Source: Octopus vulgaris (taxonomy: Eukaryota). Taken from it: DNA of 64,000 nucleotides. The position numbers and the translations under genes were made by a program. Within the stretch, counting starts at the first letter, position 1. Each line of letters begins with the position of its first letter. Of the stretch, positions 12,307 through 25,521 are shown piece after piece. Location: the NCBI GenBank assembly GCA_951406725.2, contig OX597840.1:38626001-38690000 (forward strand), in the 5' to 3' direction. A model generated the notes under the pieces. It saw nothing but the letters and a program-made list of their open reading frames with translations. It made no database searches and had not been told where the DNA came from.

Positions 12307-12531
12307 GAAAAAACTCCATAATGCCCCTCTTAGGTAAGATGAAACATGGCATGTCCTGTGGAAATCAGATTATGACATCCAGGATCCCCAATTTTAAGAT
12401 ACAAATCTAACATCATATATACCTAAGACGTATAGTATATCCTTTCTCATTATTAGATATATCCTTTCTCATTATTACTGCATGTACCAGTCTTTGTTCC
12501 TTTAGTAGAGAGGATTATCACTGCAGTTATG

Positions 12532-13425
12532 AAGGTGGTGAGTTGGCAGAATCTTAACCGCACCAGACAAAATATTTAGAAGCATTTCTTTTGTTTTTAT
12601 GCTCTGAGATAAAATCACGCTCGGATCAATGTTGCCTTTTACCATTTCGAGGTCAATAAAATAAATACCAGCTGAGCACTGTGGGCGAAGTAATGAACTT
12701 GCACCATCTCCCCAAAACCGCTGGCCTCGTGTCACAATTTGAAGCCATTATTACTGCATGTCTCAGCCAGCGAACCGACTGAAAATTTGTAATTGCTGGA
12801 AACAATGTTTCGTAGGATTTCGTCGGTCTTTCATTTCTGAGTTCTAATTTCGCTGAGTTCGACTTCTACTTTTATCCTTTCGGGGTTAATGAAAATAAAT
12901 ACCAGTTGTATTCTGGGGGTAAATATATTCGATTTACCCTCTTACGTCAGATTTCAAGTCTTCTGCTTTTTAAGAGAAAGGACTATACTGCATGCTTTAA
13001 TTCAGTGAGCAGGAAGAATTTTCAGCATGCCGGACAAAAGTTTAGCGGCGTATCATCCGTCATTATGCTCTAAGTTTAAATTTATATTTTGCTTTTGGGT
13101 TCACTAAATAAGTAGCTGTTGATCCCTAGAGGTCGTTTTACTCGACTAACCTCTTCCACAACCATTTAGGCCTTGTGCCTATCGTAGAAGGAATTATTAT
13201 TAGACATATTAAATCAGCAAGCTGTCAGTGTCTCTAGGATGACGGAAAATTTCTTTGGCGGAATGTCATGCGACTCTTAACTTTCTGAATTGAAATAGAG
13301 TCTGGGCCAACCTCGCCTTTCCTACTTTCGGGATCAATAAACTACGATACCAGTAAAATACTTGAGGTCGATGCAATCTTTCCTTAAAATTGCTCACCTC
13401 GAGCCAAATTTTCTAACCAATATTT
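12532..13425 (+). repeat. Head-to-tail array of four old Meta-domain SINE copies
   Basis: Units at about 12532-12750, 12765-12985, 13002-13200 and 13215-13425, each with a decayed head, a TTTCGGGGT..AAATA..TACCAG-type Meta segment and a tail. Confidence 0.75.
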
Positions 13426-13775
13426 TTCAAATATTAAATGTTTGCAATTCCTCCGCACACTGGTTTCCACTGGTTATACGAATGAATATATTATTATGGA
13501 CACTTTACTTCCTATCAAGGTACATCTTAATCTGAGGTATCGAACTGAATATGCTTGCATTAAGAACAATTTCCAGATTTTGGTACTTTAGTATTCCTAC
13601 CCTAGTATCGCCGGTTATTCATTTGGATTGGATTGTTAAAGTATTGTCTTCAGGCACTACTGACCGTCCATCTTATGGAAAGATTAATTTCTGTGATGTC
13701 CTCACGTCGTCCTTTAAACAAGATTTCCACATCTCGGAAGACAAGGGAAAGCATTATGGATAGTGCGCATTCCTC

Positions 13776-13955
13776 TATTTCGTCTGCCGTTACGTTCTGA
13801 GTTCAAATTCCTCCGAGGTTGACTTTGCCTTTCATCCTTTCGGGGTCGATAAATTAAGTGCCAGTTACGCACTAGGGTCGGTGTAATCGACTTAATCCGT
13901 ATGTCTGTCCTTGTTTGTCCCCTCTGTGTTTAGCCCCTTGTGGGTAATAAATAAA
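13776..13955 (+). mobile_element. SINE family B, 5'-truncated
   Basis: Matches the 3' 180 bp of family B. Imperfect TSD GGATAGTGYGYATYC at 13758-13772 and 13957-13971. Confidence 0.9.
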
Positions 13956-15147
13956 CGGATAGTGTGTATCCGTCGAATTTTTAGATTATGTCATTAATGA
14001 AAATTGGCTGATAATCGAAGTTGTTCGATCTCTCATTTCTTTAAGACTAATTAGATTATCAATAATGGTCATTGGCGCTGAATAATATTTCCATCAGAAA
14101 AGATATAGACATACCTGATTCTTTGTTCTTTGGGGTATCAGTTCTCCTATCAACTCAGTTTACTATCCAGGAAGTTCCGATTGAAATACGTAATTCATTA
14201 TTTCCTCGTTTTCAACGTTTCTGATATTTGCCCGTAAAAAAAAAGAAAGAAAGTCAGAGGTACTTTTGCGCAATATAATGTCCATCGGGAAAACAATGCA
14301 TAAATCATTACCAAAACCATGGAAGGGTTTCGTATTACATGACCATTGTAATTGAATTGTGTTTCCGCCTAAAAATGAAAGGGCCGATGCATTATAAACC
14401 TCACCGATACGGACAATTTAGTTAACTAGCAAATCCTTTACTATAAACATTAAAACTACTTAAGTCGTGAACCCGAAATGCATAAAACAAAAACAAAATG
14501 AGATTTTCCAATACACTTGCGAACTGCAAGTTTCATCTACGAAACTTCATTCATGAAGTACTTTATAGGAAACAATAAATATCGGCTACATTGTAAGAAA
14601 TCGTTTGGATTCCGTGTTCAACCATTATCATACCAAATTACATTCCTTCTTTCTTTTTCTTAAGTCAAGAGGTCTTAATTATATTTACCTCAATATCCAC
14701 CAACTGTAGCAATAAATCTTCTGGATTAATATAGTACATCAAGCGTGCTATATCTTTCCGATAATACATATAACGGCACGTAAATGGAATGTATATGGAT
14801 ACAAGGCGTCTGGCCTGCCTAGTGAACCTTGCATATATTTACGAGCCGCTCTATAGATTTCTACACGGACCCCCTATAAAGGTTATACCGGTTCCCTTTG
14901 AAGTGATATATAGTGAATGACAAAAACTCGCAAACACTTACAGGGAAAGATTACAAATATTATTACGTTGTGTCTGCATTTACAATTCTTGCAGATAAAT
15001 TCAATTGCATCAATTTTATACTAATATTTTACCGTTAATCTAAATACTTATCGAATTGCTCAGGTTACGATATATCGATCTATATCGATAACTATCTATC
15101 TATCTATCGATCTATCTATCTACTCATTTCTGTGATATATACAGTAT

Positions 15148-15197
<50 letters not shown>

Positions 15198-15310
15198 GTA
15201 TACGTATATATATAATATATATATGTATATATCTATATACATATACACCCACTTATCTGAGTATATATATGTATATATATATATACATACATGCCTACAT
15301 ATATATATAT

Positions 15311-15364
<54 letters not shown>

Positions 15365-15389
15365 ATATATATACATATATATATATATT

Positions 15390-15425
<36 letters not shown>

Positions 15426-15429
15426 AGAT

Positions 15430-15640
15430 GAGAATTCACAGACAAACTAAAGAAGAAGCCGTTGTGTAAACTACCAATAGATGTATTAGTTTAACGCTCG
15501 AGAATTGAGAAAGTCTTTTACGTTTCGAGCCTACGCTTTTCGAAAGAAAGGAACACGGAAAATAAACAGGGAAAGAAAATAGAAAATGTATATATTGCTG
15601 GTTTTTATTTCTGAAAGGCCATTTATCTTTAACCAAATAC
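15430..15640 (-). mobile_element. PLE-like terminal-repeat remnant with decayed hammerhead motif
   Basis: Minus strand CCTTT-CTTTCGA-A-AAGCgtagGCTC-GAAAC-GTA-AAAGA (about 15514-15552); same family as 3655-3860. Confidence 0.55.
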
Positions 15641-16106
15641 ACACACGCACGACATATTTTTTCTTCACTTGTTTCTCATTGCTAATATATTTTTAAAAAA
15701 TTTAATCATGTCCATTCTCCGGAGATCTTTCGTCACATATCTTTGACATCCTCAGTAACATTTTTTCTTGACCTTGTTCCACTTACTCCGTTCTGTTCAT
15801 GATAGACAATAAAACAAGAACAGTAATAAACGAGTCAAGAAAAAATATACCGTGCGTGTGTTTATTTGGGGACAAACAGTGACTATCCGAAATACGACAA
15901 TATATATGGTACTCTACTTAGGAGACCGTCAAATTATCAACCCAATCAACTATTCCGTTTTAGCTTCTCATTTGCTGTCTCTCCTAATGTATGTCCCACT
16001 CTCTGCCTCTCACTCTCTCTCACTCCCTCTCCCTCCATCGCCTCCTCATCGTCCCTCCTTTCTCTCTCTTTGTCTCCCTTTTTAATGTGGTGTCATATAT
16101 ACCATA

Positions 16107-16430
16107 GAAGGCGCGTGTCTTAGTGGTTAGGGCGTTCGGCTCACGATCGAATGGTCGTGTGTTCAATTCACGGCGAGGCGTTGTGTCCTTGAGCAAGACG
16201 TTTTATTTCACGTTGCTCCAGTCCACTCATGTGACAAAAATGGGTAGTACTTGCATTTCAAAGGGCCAGCCTTGTCAGACTCTCTTTCAGGCTGAATCTC
16301 CCTGCGAACTACGTTAAGGGTACACGTGTCTGTGAAATGTTCAGCCACCTGCACGTTAACTTCCCGAGCAAGCTGTTCCGATGATCGTATCTGCTGGGAA
16401 CCTCGTCGTCGTAACCGACGGAGTGCTCCC
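16107..16430 (+). mobile_element. SINE with family-E body and family-C tail
   Basis: tRNA head, then CTTGAGCAAGACGTTTTATTTCACGTTGCTCCAG, then TTCAAAGGGCCAGCCTTGTC..CCGACGGAGTGC. Confidence 0.9.
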
Positions 16431-16928
16431 ATATATTCAATGACTACTGGAGGGAAAGTAACACGTCACAGTGAAACTAACTTTGAAATCAGCTTCTCAG
16501 AAAAAAGTAACCTTTCTCTAAGGACTGGTTTATTCCTGCATAAATCCTTATCATATCAGTACAAATATCAACCAATCTGAACAGACGAGGCAAGAATATG
16601 GATTTTCTATCTTGGGAATGGGACAGCAAACTGTGAGAGCGTGATATGCTTCATTATATTAATACAATTACAACGGAAATTTCATAACGGAATGATGCAG
16701 TGTTTTCGGTAACTTTCTATGAATTATACGAGAAGAGATGAACAATGAAAAGAAAATCATTTCTCTTAGTTTTTTATCTTTTTTGCTTCTTCAGATTTTA
16801 ACAGAATTTTCGTTTAGTGATAGAGTGCCTATGTGTGTGATTCAGTGAATCATGTATTGTGAGACGTTGGTAGGGTTTCGCTGCCACCAGACCCCATTGT
16901 TTTAGAAAGGGTTTACTATTCTACTATA

Positions 16929-17310
16929 CCTATTTCTTTACTACCCACAAGGGGCTAAACACAGAGAGGACAAACAAGGACAGACAAACGGATTAAGTCG
17001 ATTATATCAACCCCAGTGCGTAACTAGTACTTATTTAATCGACCCCGAAAGGATGAAATGCAAAGTCGACTTCGGCGGAATTTGAACTCAGAACGTAGCG
17101 GCAGGCGAAATACCTATTTCTTTACTACCCACAAGGGGCTAAACACAGACAGAACAAACAAGAACAGACAAACGAATTAAGTCGATTACATCGACCCCAG
17201 TGCGTAACTGGTACTTATTTAATCGACCCCGAAAAGTTGAAAGGCAAAGTCAACCTCGGTGGAATTTGATCTCAGAACGTAGCGTTCGCTGAGCATTTCG
17301 CCCGGCGTCA
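16929..17310 (-). mobile_element. Tandem dimer of SINE family B
   Basis: Two ~184-bp units joined at GAAATACCTATTTCTTTACTACCC (about 17107-17130). Confidence 0.95.
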
Positions 17311-17842
17311 AACGTAAATCGAGCACTGTGTGGAATGTTAGATATTGGTAGTGTTTCGCTGCCACCAGAGCCCATTGTTTTCACAAGGGGTTAGTATTCT
17401 TCTATCCTTAAGCAGTCAGCTCAGAGCAGCCGATTAAATCGAGCCCTGTAATTGACAGGTACTTTATTTTATCGATCCGAGAATGATGAAACACTCGCGT
17501 CTTCATGGTAGCGTTTAATAAACAAGGCAAGACATTTTTCCGATTCAGTAACGATCCGGCAAATCTATTCACTTGTCGTTTTACTGTGTTTCTCTTTTAT
17601 TTATTCTATAGATTTCTGATATTTACGCAACGAAACACGTTGTTTTAAAAATGGTTTAGTCAATGATATTGACCTCTGTATAAGAATGGTACGCTATTTT
17701 CTCGAAATCTGAAAGACAAAATATAAATGTTGCCCCTGGCCGAATTTCAATGTATAGAGAAGAAATTGAACATCGTGAGTTAAATAGTTCACCGTTAAAG
17801 CGAGTTAGGTATTTACAAATATAATAATAATTATTATTACTA

Positions 17843-18228
17843 CGAGCAGTATCACCCGGCGTTGCTCGGGTTTGTTTCGACCCTTTAGAATTGAAATTTT
17901 TGAAAAGTAAAAATTTTGCATTATGTAGCTTGTTATTCTTTTTAAGTGAACATTTTTCTGGTTGAAATACACCGAAAAATGGGGACACAGCTGTAAAGAA
18001 ATCGTAGAAAATAGGGATTTTCATAGAAAAAAGCACCTTTTTAATGTAAATAATTTCTGGTGTTAACATGGTCCGATTTGAATTTTTCTTCTACGGAAGG
18101 AAGAGCAAGCCTTCTTCTATTAAACTCTCAATTTCGGTCAACTTACATCGCAGGGTCTCGGAGGAGATAGTGTTCGTTGAAGGCTACCAAACTTGCCACA
18201 CAAAGACAACTTCAGCGTTGTATATAGA
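17843..18228 (-). mobile_element. Non-autonomous Helitron (family H2)
   Basis: Minus strand A|TCTATATAC... ending CCCGAGCAACGCCGGG hairpin plus TGATACTGCTCG|T (CTAG mutated); homologous to 63515-63910. Confidence 0.85.
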
Positions 18229-18254
18229 TTATTATCAACAATAATTATTGTCAT

Positions 18255-18874
18255 GATAATGTATGTGAATCGGAGGTGCAATAATGTAGCTAAGTATGTG
18301 TTTTGGAGATGATGTGAGAAGTACGGTCTTGATATACCATTGAAATAATATGAACATAAACCAGAAGGTGTCACCGAGAATAATGAGTACAAGATATCGT
18401 GGGATTTTATATAATCTTGTGTGATTCAGTGAATGATGTTCGGAGACCGGATATTGTTGTCGTCGATAAAAAGGAAAGCGGAAACCAAGATCGTAGCTAT
18501 TACCATAACTTATAATGCAGGATTGGATGTCAAAGAAGTAGAAAAGATTAAAAACCACAAAATATGAGATCACACGAATGTGGGTAATGAAGAAAGTAAA
18601 TGTTATTTATGTAGTTGAAGGGGGCATTTGGGAGCATATAGAACCAGGTTTAGGAGATGTATTAGAGAAGATGTGACTGGCATGAGAGTAAAACATGCTC
18701 GGAATATGCTAAGAAAATTGCTTTATTGGGGAGAGCGTGGGTTTTGAGATTGATACTTTGGTGTTAAGCATCGCGGAAAGAAGCCTACGGAGAGCTTTTA
18801 CAGTAGGTTGTTGTCAGCTCTTACAGGATTCGACGAAGCAAATGAAATCAAGAGATGTGAGAAGTGAAATGGAA

Positions 18875-18878
<4 letters not shown>
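18255..18878 (+). mobile_element. R4/Dong-type LINE 3' relic (restriction-like endonuclease)
   Basis: CEKYGL..YEHKPEGVTENNEYKISWDF..RRPDIVVVDKK, followed by a long (ATA)n tract. Confidence 0.8.
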
Positions 18879-19250
<372 letters not shown>

Positions 19251-19257
19251 TAATTAC

Positions 19258-19410
19258 TTGCACCCGTTTAATTATGAAGAAAAGCCGAGAGATTTAATCT
19301 GGTGGTATAAAATTACCATAAGGTAATATAATTAGATCGCTGAGAAATAATGAAGCGTACAATTACCTTGGGCTGCAGGAGGTCGACAGAATAATGGAAA
19401 GAGAAATAGC
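19258..19410 (+). mobile_element. R4/Dong-type RT relic
   Basis: LIMKKSREI*SGGIKLP*GNIIRSLRNNEAYNYLGLQEVDRIMERE (YKYLG region). Confidence 0.65.
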
Positions 19411-19794
19411 GGCTAACGTCTGCGATGTTGGAAGAGGCGATGGCGGTGGTAATGGCACTACAAATATTTGTTAAAATGGCGTTTGTTGAAATGGCGTTGA
19501 TATGGCGTCTACGATGTTGTTGGCAGTGTTGTTGTCGTTGTTGTTGGTTTGGTTGTGTATGATGTAATGTATCCTATTCTTGTTGTTGTTCTTCGCTTTG
19601 TCTTGTTTGTTCGTGTCATATAATGTGGTGAAAAGGGCACTGGTGTTTTCCAGTTCCATGATGTTGCTATTGTTATGACCGACATGTTGTTGCTATTGCC
19701 CCTGTTGTCATCGGTGATGGCCATATTGTTGCCTCAACAACGTGCTATATATGTTCTTGTTGTTGCTGATGCTGTTGCTGTTGCTGTTGAGCGA

Positions 19795-20156
19795 TCGGTC
19801 TTCGTCCCAGTGCTCGCAAGATGGGAGAAGTCCGAAACGTGATCCTTTGATATTCGTAAGACCCGCAGAAGAGAAAGCAGGTCAACCCCCGACACCGAGA
19901 GCATCGACGGATGGATGAATACGCATCCAGGCTCAGCGGTTGCGTAGGAGGTCGGGGACAAGAAACAGGAAGAAAGAGTTAGAGAAAGTTGGAGCGAAAG
20001 AGTACAACAGGGGTCGCCACCACCCCCAGCAGGAGCTACGTGGAGCTTTAGGTGTTTTCGCTCAATAAACACACACAACGCTCGGTCTGGGAATCGAAAC
20101 AGTGACCGTCCGATCGCGAGTCCGCTTCCCTAACCATTGGGCCATTACGTCTCCAC
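19795..20156 (-). mobile_element. SINE with family-C head/body and a different tail
   Basis: 19962-20156 matches the 5' half of family C; 19795-19960 is unrelated to the C tail. Confidence 0.85.
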
Positions 20157-20160
20157 TGCT

Positions 20161-20415
20161 GTTTGTTCCTTCCCGAACCATGCCTGGTTCATTGGCGTAT
20201 AGGTTCCAAACCTCATGGACGGGGTGCCGGTCCGTCACAGGTAAGCTGCTAGATGCAGGAGAAACGAATATGAGAAAGTTGTGGCGATAGAGTCAGTAGA
20301 GGTTCGCCATTACGCGCCGAACTTAGGTGTTTCGCTCATAAACACACATATCGTCCGGTCTGCGATCCATCGACCGCGAATCCACTGGTCTAACCATTAG
20401 GCCACGTCTCTTCAC
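20161..20415 (-). mobile_element. SINE family D (decayed)
   Basis: Colinear with 52405-52708. Confidence 0.8.
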
Positions 20416-20430
20416 AACGTGCTATATATA

Positions 20431-20975
20431 TTGGTTCCAAATTTTAGATAAAAGCCAACATTTCTGGGGAAGAGACTAAGTCAATTACATTGACCCCACT
20501 GCAAATCTCTCTATATATAAACGGCAGTTTGTCTGTCTATGTGTCTGTCAGGTTGTACCCTCACCCTGACCACGGCTTTCAATCGATTCTGATGAAACTT
20601 GACACACACATAGCCCAATGTCATAATTCAAAACTGACGCAGCGAAAATTTTGAAAAGTTCCCCCAGTTCTGAAAAAATCGATAAATTCGACATGGGGCC
20701 CAGAATCTAAGCTTTTTATATGCAACACATTTTCTGTCTAGGGGACACAACTCGTTCCCTAGAGGGAAAGGACCAGATTGGGATTAGCCGTTGCCTTCTA
20801 GGGGCTCTTACATACCCGGGCAACGCCGGGCTATGCTGCTAGTCTTATATACATTTTAACAGCCTCGAAATGATGAAATATAAAGCCGACCTCGGTGGTA
20901 TATGAACTCAGAACGTAAAGACGGGCGAAATGCCGCGAAGAATTTTGCCCGGCGCGCTAACGATTCTGCCAGCTC
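20431..20975 (-). mobile_element. Old family-B SINE split by a Helitron
   Basis: Tail half 20431-20505 (TAAGTCAATTACATTGACCCC) and head half 20843-20975 (GACCTCGG..GAACTCAGAACG..CTGCCAGCTCG). Confidence 0.8.
20506..20842 (+). mobile_element. Non-autonomous Helitron (family H3)
   Basis: A|TCTCTCTATATATAA ... CCCGGGGCAACGCCGGG hairpin ... CTGCTAG|T, with no TSD. Confidence 0.9.
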
Positions 20976-21690
20976 GGAGCGTTACACTCAATTCCTTTCT
21001 AATAAATGAAATGTTTTTAGTAGAAGGACATTTTATATAATTTTATTATTCTCTAGCGCTAAAAATAAACACGAAAAATTAAAAAAAACATAAAAAAAAG
21101 AAAACAAAGAAAACCAAAAAAAAGAAAAATAAGAAAGAAACAAGCCAGATTATATTCTCCAATTAACACATCGATTTATTTTCGCGGTTTACAACATTTT
21201 AAAGAAAATTAGAATAACAATTGGATTGCTTACGAATTTCCTTTTAACATTGCTGATTAATTGTCAGGAATTTACAATTCAGATTGGTTTACAATTTATA
21301 AAACGTGTATGTTATGTTTTGCTACAGAATATATTTCCGGACTAGTTTTAGGTTCGTATTTAACAGAGTCAATATAGTTCTTTGTTTACACTATACTTGC
21401 ATTAAAAAAAAAGAAAATTCTTTCTATAAATGTGCTTCATTTTCTGAATTAACGTAAACACACAGTGTAAATACTGTTAAATGTATAACAGCTTTATCAG
21501 AATGTTTTTTGTTCAGCTTATGTATTATGCAAATTTAAAAGATCGAGTTGTTTGGTTCTGGTTATGTTGTGATGTCAAAGATAAATGGTGTAAGGCGATC
21601 CTAATGGTCCAAAGACGCCATGTTATTGTTAACGTTAAGGAGTGCAAGCGGGAATATCGATTTACAATACCATATACACACTATGTAAAT

Positions 21691-21848
<158 letters not shown>

Positions 21849-21882
21849 ATGTATGTATGTATGTATGTATATATATATATAT

Positions 21883-22252
21883 ATCACTGGGACTTTTTCG
21901 GTTTGAACGGCAGTTTTTAACATAATTTCTAGGTAACTAAAAAAATTTAAACTTCGTATACTGGTAGAATGTGTTTATAAAACATCTTTTTCTTTTGGCT
22001 TTATTGAGAAAATTCTATAGTTTGTAAGATATTTGTTGCTTTTTTCTTCAATTTCTGCAATTTCAACCAATCACTGACGTCTATTGAGTTAAAAAAAACA
22101 TTCTCTGCCGTATGACTATGTCCCTCGTTTAAGAAACAGATTGGGTTTATTTACATTTGTGAAGAAAAAAAGGTACCCTTCACCCACCCCTAACCCTAAC
22201 CCTAACCCTAACTAACCCTAACTAACCCTAAACCTAAAAGAGATTGAAATGC
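21883..22252. mobile_element. Unclassified repeat-like segment containing (CCCTAA)n
   Basis: Bounded on the left by (TA)n; about 8 perfect or degenerate CCCTAA units at 22188-22237. Confidence 0.45.
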
Positions 22253-22261
22253 ATATATGTA

Positions 22262-22528
22262 TAAGGATGAAAAGGAACACACGAGTTGATATATATGAAA
22301 AAACTAGTAAAGATAGAAAATGCTAAATTAATTTTATGAAGAACATTTCAGTACCGGTTTCAGTCATTTGGAGACATTTTCAACTGTAACAATTAAATAA
22401 TTAAATTTAGAAAAATTAAAAGAAAAGTTTTTTTAAAAGAATATTTGTATAGTGTTCAAATATAAGTGGCATGTTCCTTGTTTCTGCCTTTCTCTGTCTC
22501 TCTTGTTTACACTTGTGGGTTCGAGGTC
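22262..22528 (-). mobile_element. PLE-like terminal-repeat remnant with hammerhead-like motif
   Basis: Reverse-complement homolog of 31787-32005. Minus strand CAG-TTGAAAA-TGTCtccaaatGACT-GAAAC-CG-GTA-CTG at 22349-22386. Confidence 0.6.
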
Positions 22529-22529
22529 G

Positions 22530-22625
22530 ACCTTTCCATTGACATTTCCATGGCTCTTTGAGCCGTTACCAGTCTCTGCTCTTCTCTCTTTGTGGTAGCC
22601 CATGTTTCACTACCATATAACTTCA
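22530..22625 (-). mobile_element. RTE LINE RT C-terminal relic
   Basis: LYGSETWATTKREEQRLVTAQRAMEMSM. Confidence 0.75.
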
Positions 22626-24007
22626 GCGAACATACATAGCAATTTCTCTTATAATCTCACCGTCATCAATGTCTATATGTTTCGTCATCCTCGAATCCTA
22701 TTAGTTGGCTGTTACTATCGTCTAAGGAATTGCCGTAGTTACGGTTGTTGTGGTTGAAAAGAAAAAAATGAACACGGTATTTTGCAGTATTTTTTTCTAT
22801 TCCTATTAGAATATAATACTCCAAGCGTAAACATTGCACTCTATACATTATAGAATGTGAGAGAATATGTTAATACTGTAATTGGGGAATGAAAAATGTA
22901 GATAAATGATCAGATGCAATATGGCCAAACATGTATCCAATATGTTGTCATCAGTGAATTGCTATTTTCTCCTTCATCTTTTTACCGTTACTTATTTTGG
23001 TCATGTGAGTGCGGCATTACAGGAGCGCCAACTGCAAGAAATTTTTATGGAATTAATGGCCGACAGTACTCAATCATTTTAAAGCTTATTGTTTATTTCG
23101 CCGGATTGTTTTGCCAAACCGCTGCCTAAAACGTGGGAAGAAACGAAATTCCTTTGTTCTCCTTAGGGCTGGCTCGCAAATTTTCGAGCCTCCTCAGGGG
23201 TTTCAAATAGCAACCGCACCGTGGCATTTTTGACCCCTCTGGTGATGGATTTAATAGTTGGTAGATACCCTGCCAACTCCCTTTAGATGACAGTCTTTTG
23301 AATAGGGCGATGGTGTCAAGCGACTTGGAGTAAGTCCTCAACACCACCGTCCACTCTTCAAAGTCTTTCAACCACTGGTTGGATGGTACAATTTCCCACT
23401 CGAAAACATTGTGCTTTTTCTTTGCTATGTTTTTTTAAAAATAAAATGTACAAAAACAGTTCAAGAAAAAAATTTAAAAAGACAAGGAAGAAAAACAAGC
23501 AAATCAAAAGAAAGACACAACAATAACGAAGGAAAAAAAGAAAACAGTTCAATAAAGAGAAAGTCACAAAAAAGATAGAAGAAGGAAAGAAAACAGCAGT
23601 TAAGAAAACACAGCAAGTACAATATCTTCTGGCCACTCGGGAATCCAGGCCTATTTGGTAATCCAACTTGAACCGGGAACGCCACAACTAGAATACAGCT
23701 TCCACAAAAATTGGTAAGGAGTGGTTGTATCTTCGGTGAATTCTCACAATTATTTGAAACAAAACTATTCACTTGAAGTGAACAAATTTCTGGAAGCGAG
23801 ATACGCCCCCCAAAACAACAATTCTGACAATTGAGAAAAGCTATTCACTCGAGTGTAGGCAGACCAGAGTCCAGAGTCCAGTGAGGACTTGTTGTTTGTA
23901 AAAAAAAATAATAATTACTGCAAACAACAAATCCCCACTGGACCCAAAAAACAAAAGTCTTACCTTACATTGAGCTTCTTTTTTAATCACTATTTCACCA
24001 GCTTCAA

Positions 24008-24237
24008 GGTGGCTAACTGGGAGAAACGTTCGCACGCCGGCCGAAATGCGTAGCCGTATTTCGCTTCCGTTACGTTCTGGGTTCAAATTCCGCCGAGGTC
24101 GACTTTGCCTTTCATCCTTTCGGGGTCGATAAATTAAGTACCAGTCACGCACTGGGGTCGATGTAATCGACTTAATCCGTTTGTCTGTCCTTGTTTGTCC
24201 CCTCTGTGTTTAGCCCCTCGTGGGTTGTAAAGAAATA
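24008..24237 (+). mobile_element. SINE family B, full length
   Basis: Head, Meta segment and tail all present. 17-bp TSD TATTTCACCAG(C/A)TTCAA at 23991-24007 and 24238-24254. Confidence 0.95.
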
Positions 24238-25195
24238 TATTTCACCAGATTCAAACCAGCGGGGCGACTTCCTTCAGTGGTACGAACAACACTGACAGTG
24301 GAACGAAATCTTCTTACCACACAGCCAAAGCTGTGTCTACATATAGCAAGATATATTTTGTGAAGACATCTTGGATCTTTATACAAGCACCACTCTCATG
24401 AGTTAGAATTAGTTACAATATAAAAGCCGACAGAATTATAATCACCTACTTCGCATATAACACTCCTGCCGCATTTGTTTTATATAGTTTCGTATTTCTC
24501 TGAGAATTAGATTAAATTTAGAAAGTTATTCGATACAGGTTTCAATAAATTTAATTCAAAACAAAGTCATACATTTTTGTTTCTTTTAATTACGTTTGTC
24601 ATTCCTTTTTTGGTTGCCTCTATTTAATAAATGGATATTTAATAAATGTAATTTTTGAAAACTGTTAGGTTGCTTATTCTTTCTACATTTAATTTCCAGT
24701 ACCAAATTCCCTACAACGTATTAATTTTGAGTTACTAACATTTTAAGGTTTCTTAATTTTACACTAATAATTCACTTACGTCATATTTCTCTTTCTTCTA
24801 CTTCAAATGTAAAATATCTAATGGCTTGATTCTATATACTTTTTCTGTTTTTAATTTCCTTTATTTTCTCTTGTCTCTCAATGTTAATATTCAGAATATG
24901 GTTATATTTTTAGAGCTTTCTTGTGAGAACTTCAATGTTATATTTCCGGGTGATATTTATGCATTCTGATATTCTCACCCGTTTCTCCATCGTACAGATG
25001 CCTCTCAAAATGTTTCATATAAATCAGTGTCGTTCGTTACAGCTGTGTTAAAAAAATAAGAAGGTGGAGAAAGAATAGAGAAAGCCGAATGTATGTATGT
25101 GTGTGTGGGGGGTATGTGTGTACCTGTAAATTGAAGACGGGATAAATCGAGATAATGTTATCCCTTATTTGTATGTATACAAATTGACACGCTCA

Positions 25196-25256
<61 letters not shown>

Positions 25257-25368
25257 CTATACATCATTTAAAAATTGTTGCAATATTCATCTTGTCCTAC
25301 TGGTCTTGATCAAATGTCAAGAGACTCCGCAGTGAGGCAACTAAATCCTTACGATATATACATTTGGG

Positions 25369-25413
<45 letters not shown>

Positions 25414-25468
25414 TAAGGAATTCACGACAGCTGTGAAGGACTGTTGAAAGAATAGTTTAGAAATTTAT

Positions 25469-25521
<53 letters not shown>

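Noticed and set aside
12471-13440. CRISPR array
   Set aside because: Eukaryotic context, the short repeats are degenerate, the long units are homologous SINEs, and there are no cas genes.
22188-22237. True chromosome end
   Set aside because: Only about 50 bp, degenerate and internal.
23110-23880. Minus-strand 81-aa ORF, possibly a LINE ORF1 piece
   Set aside because: No diagnostic motif recognised; cannot be assigned without a search.
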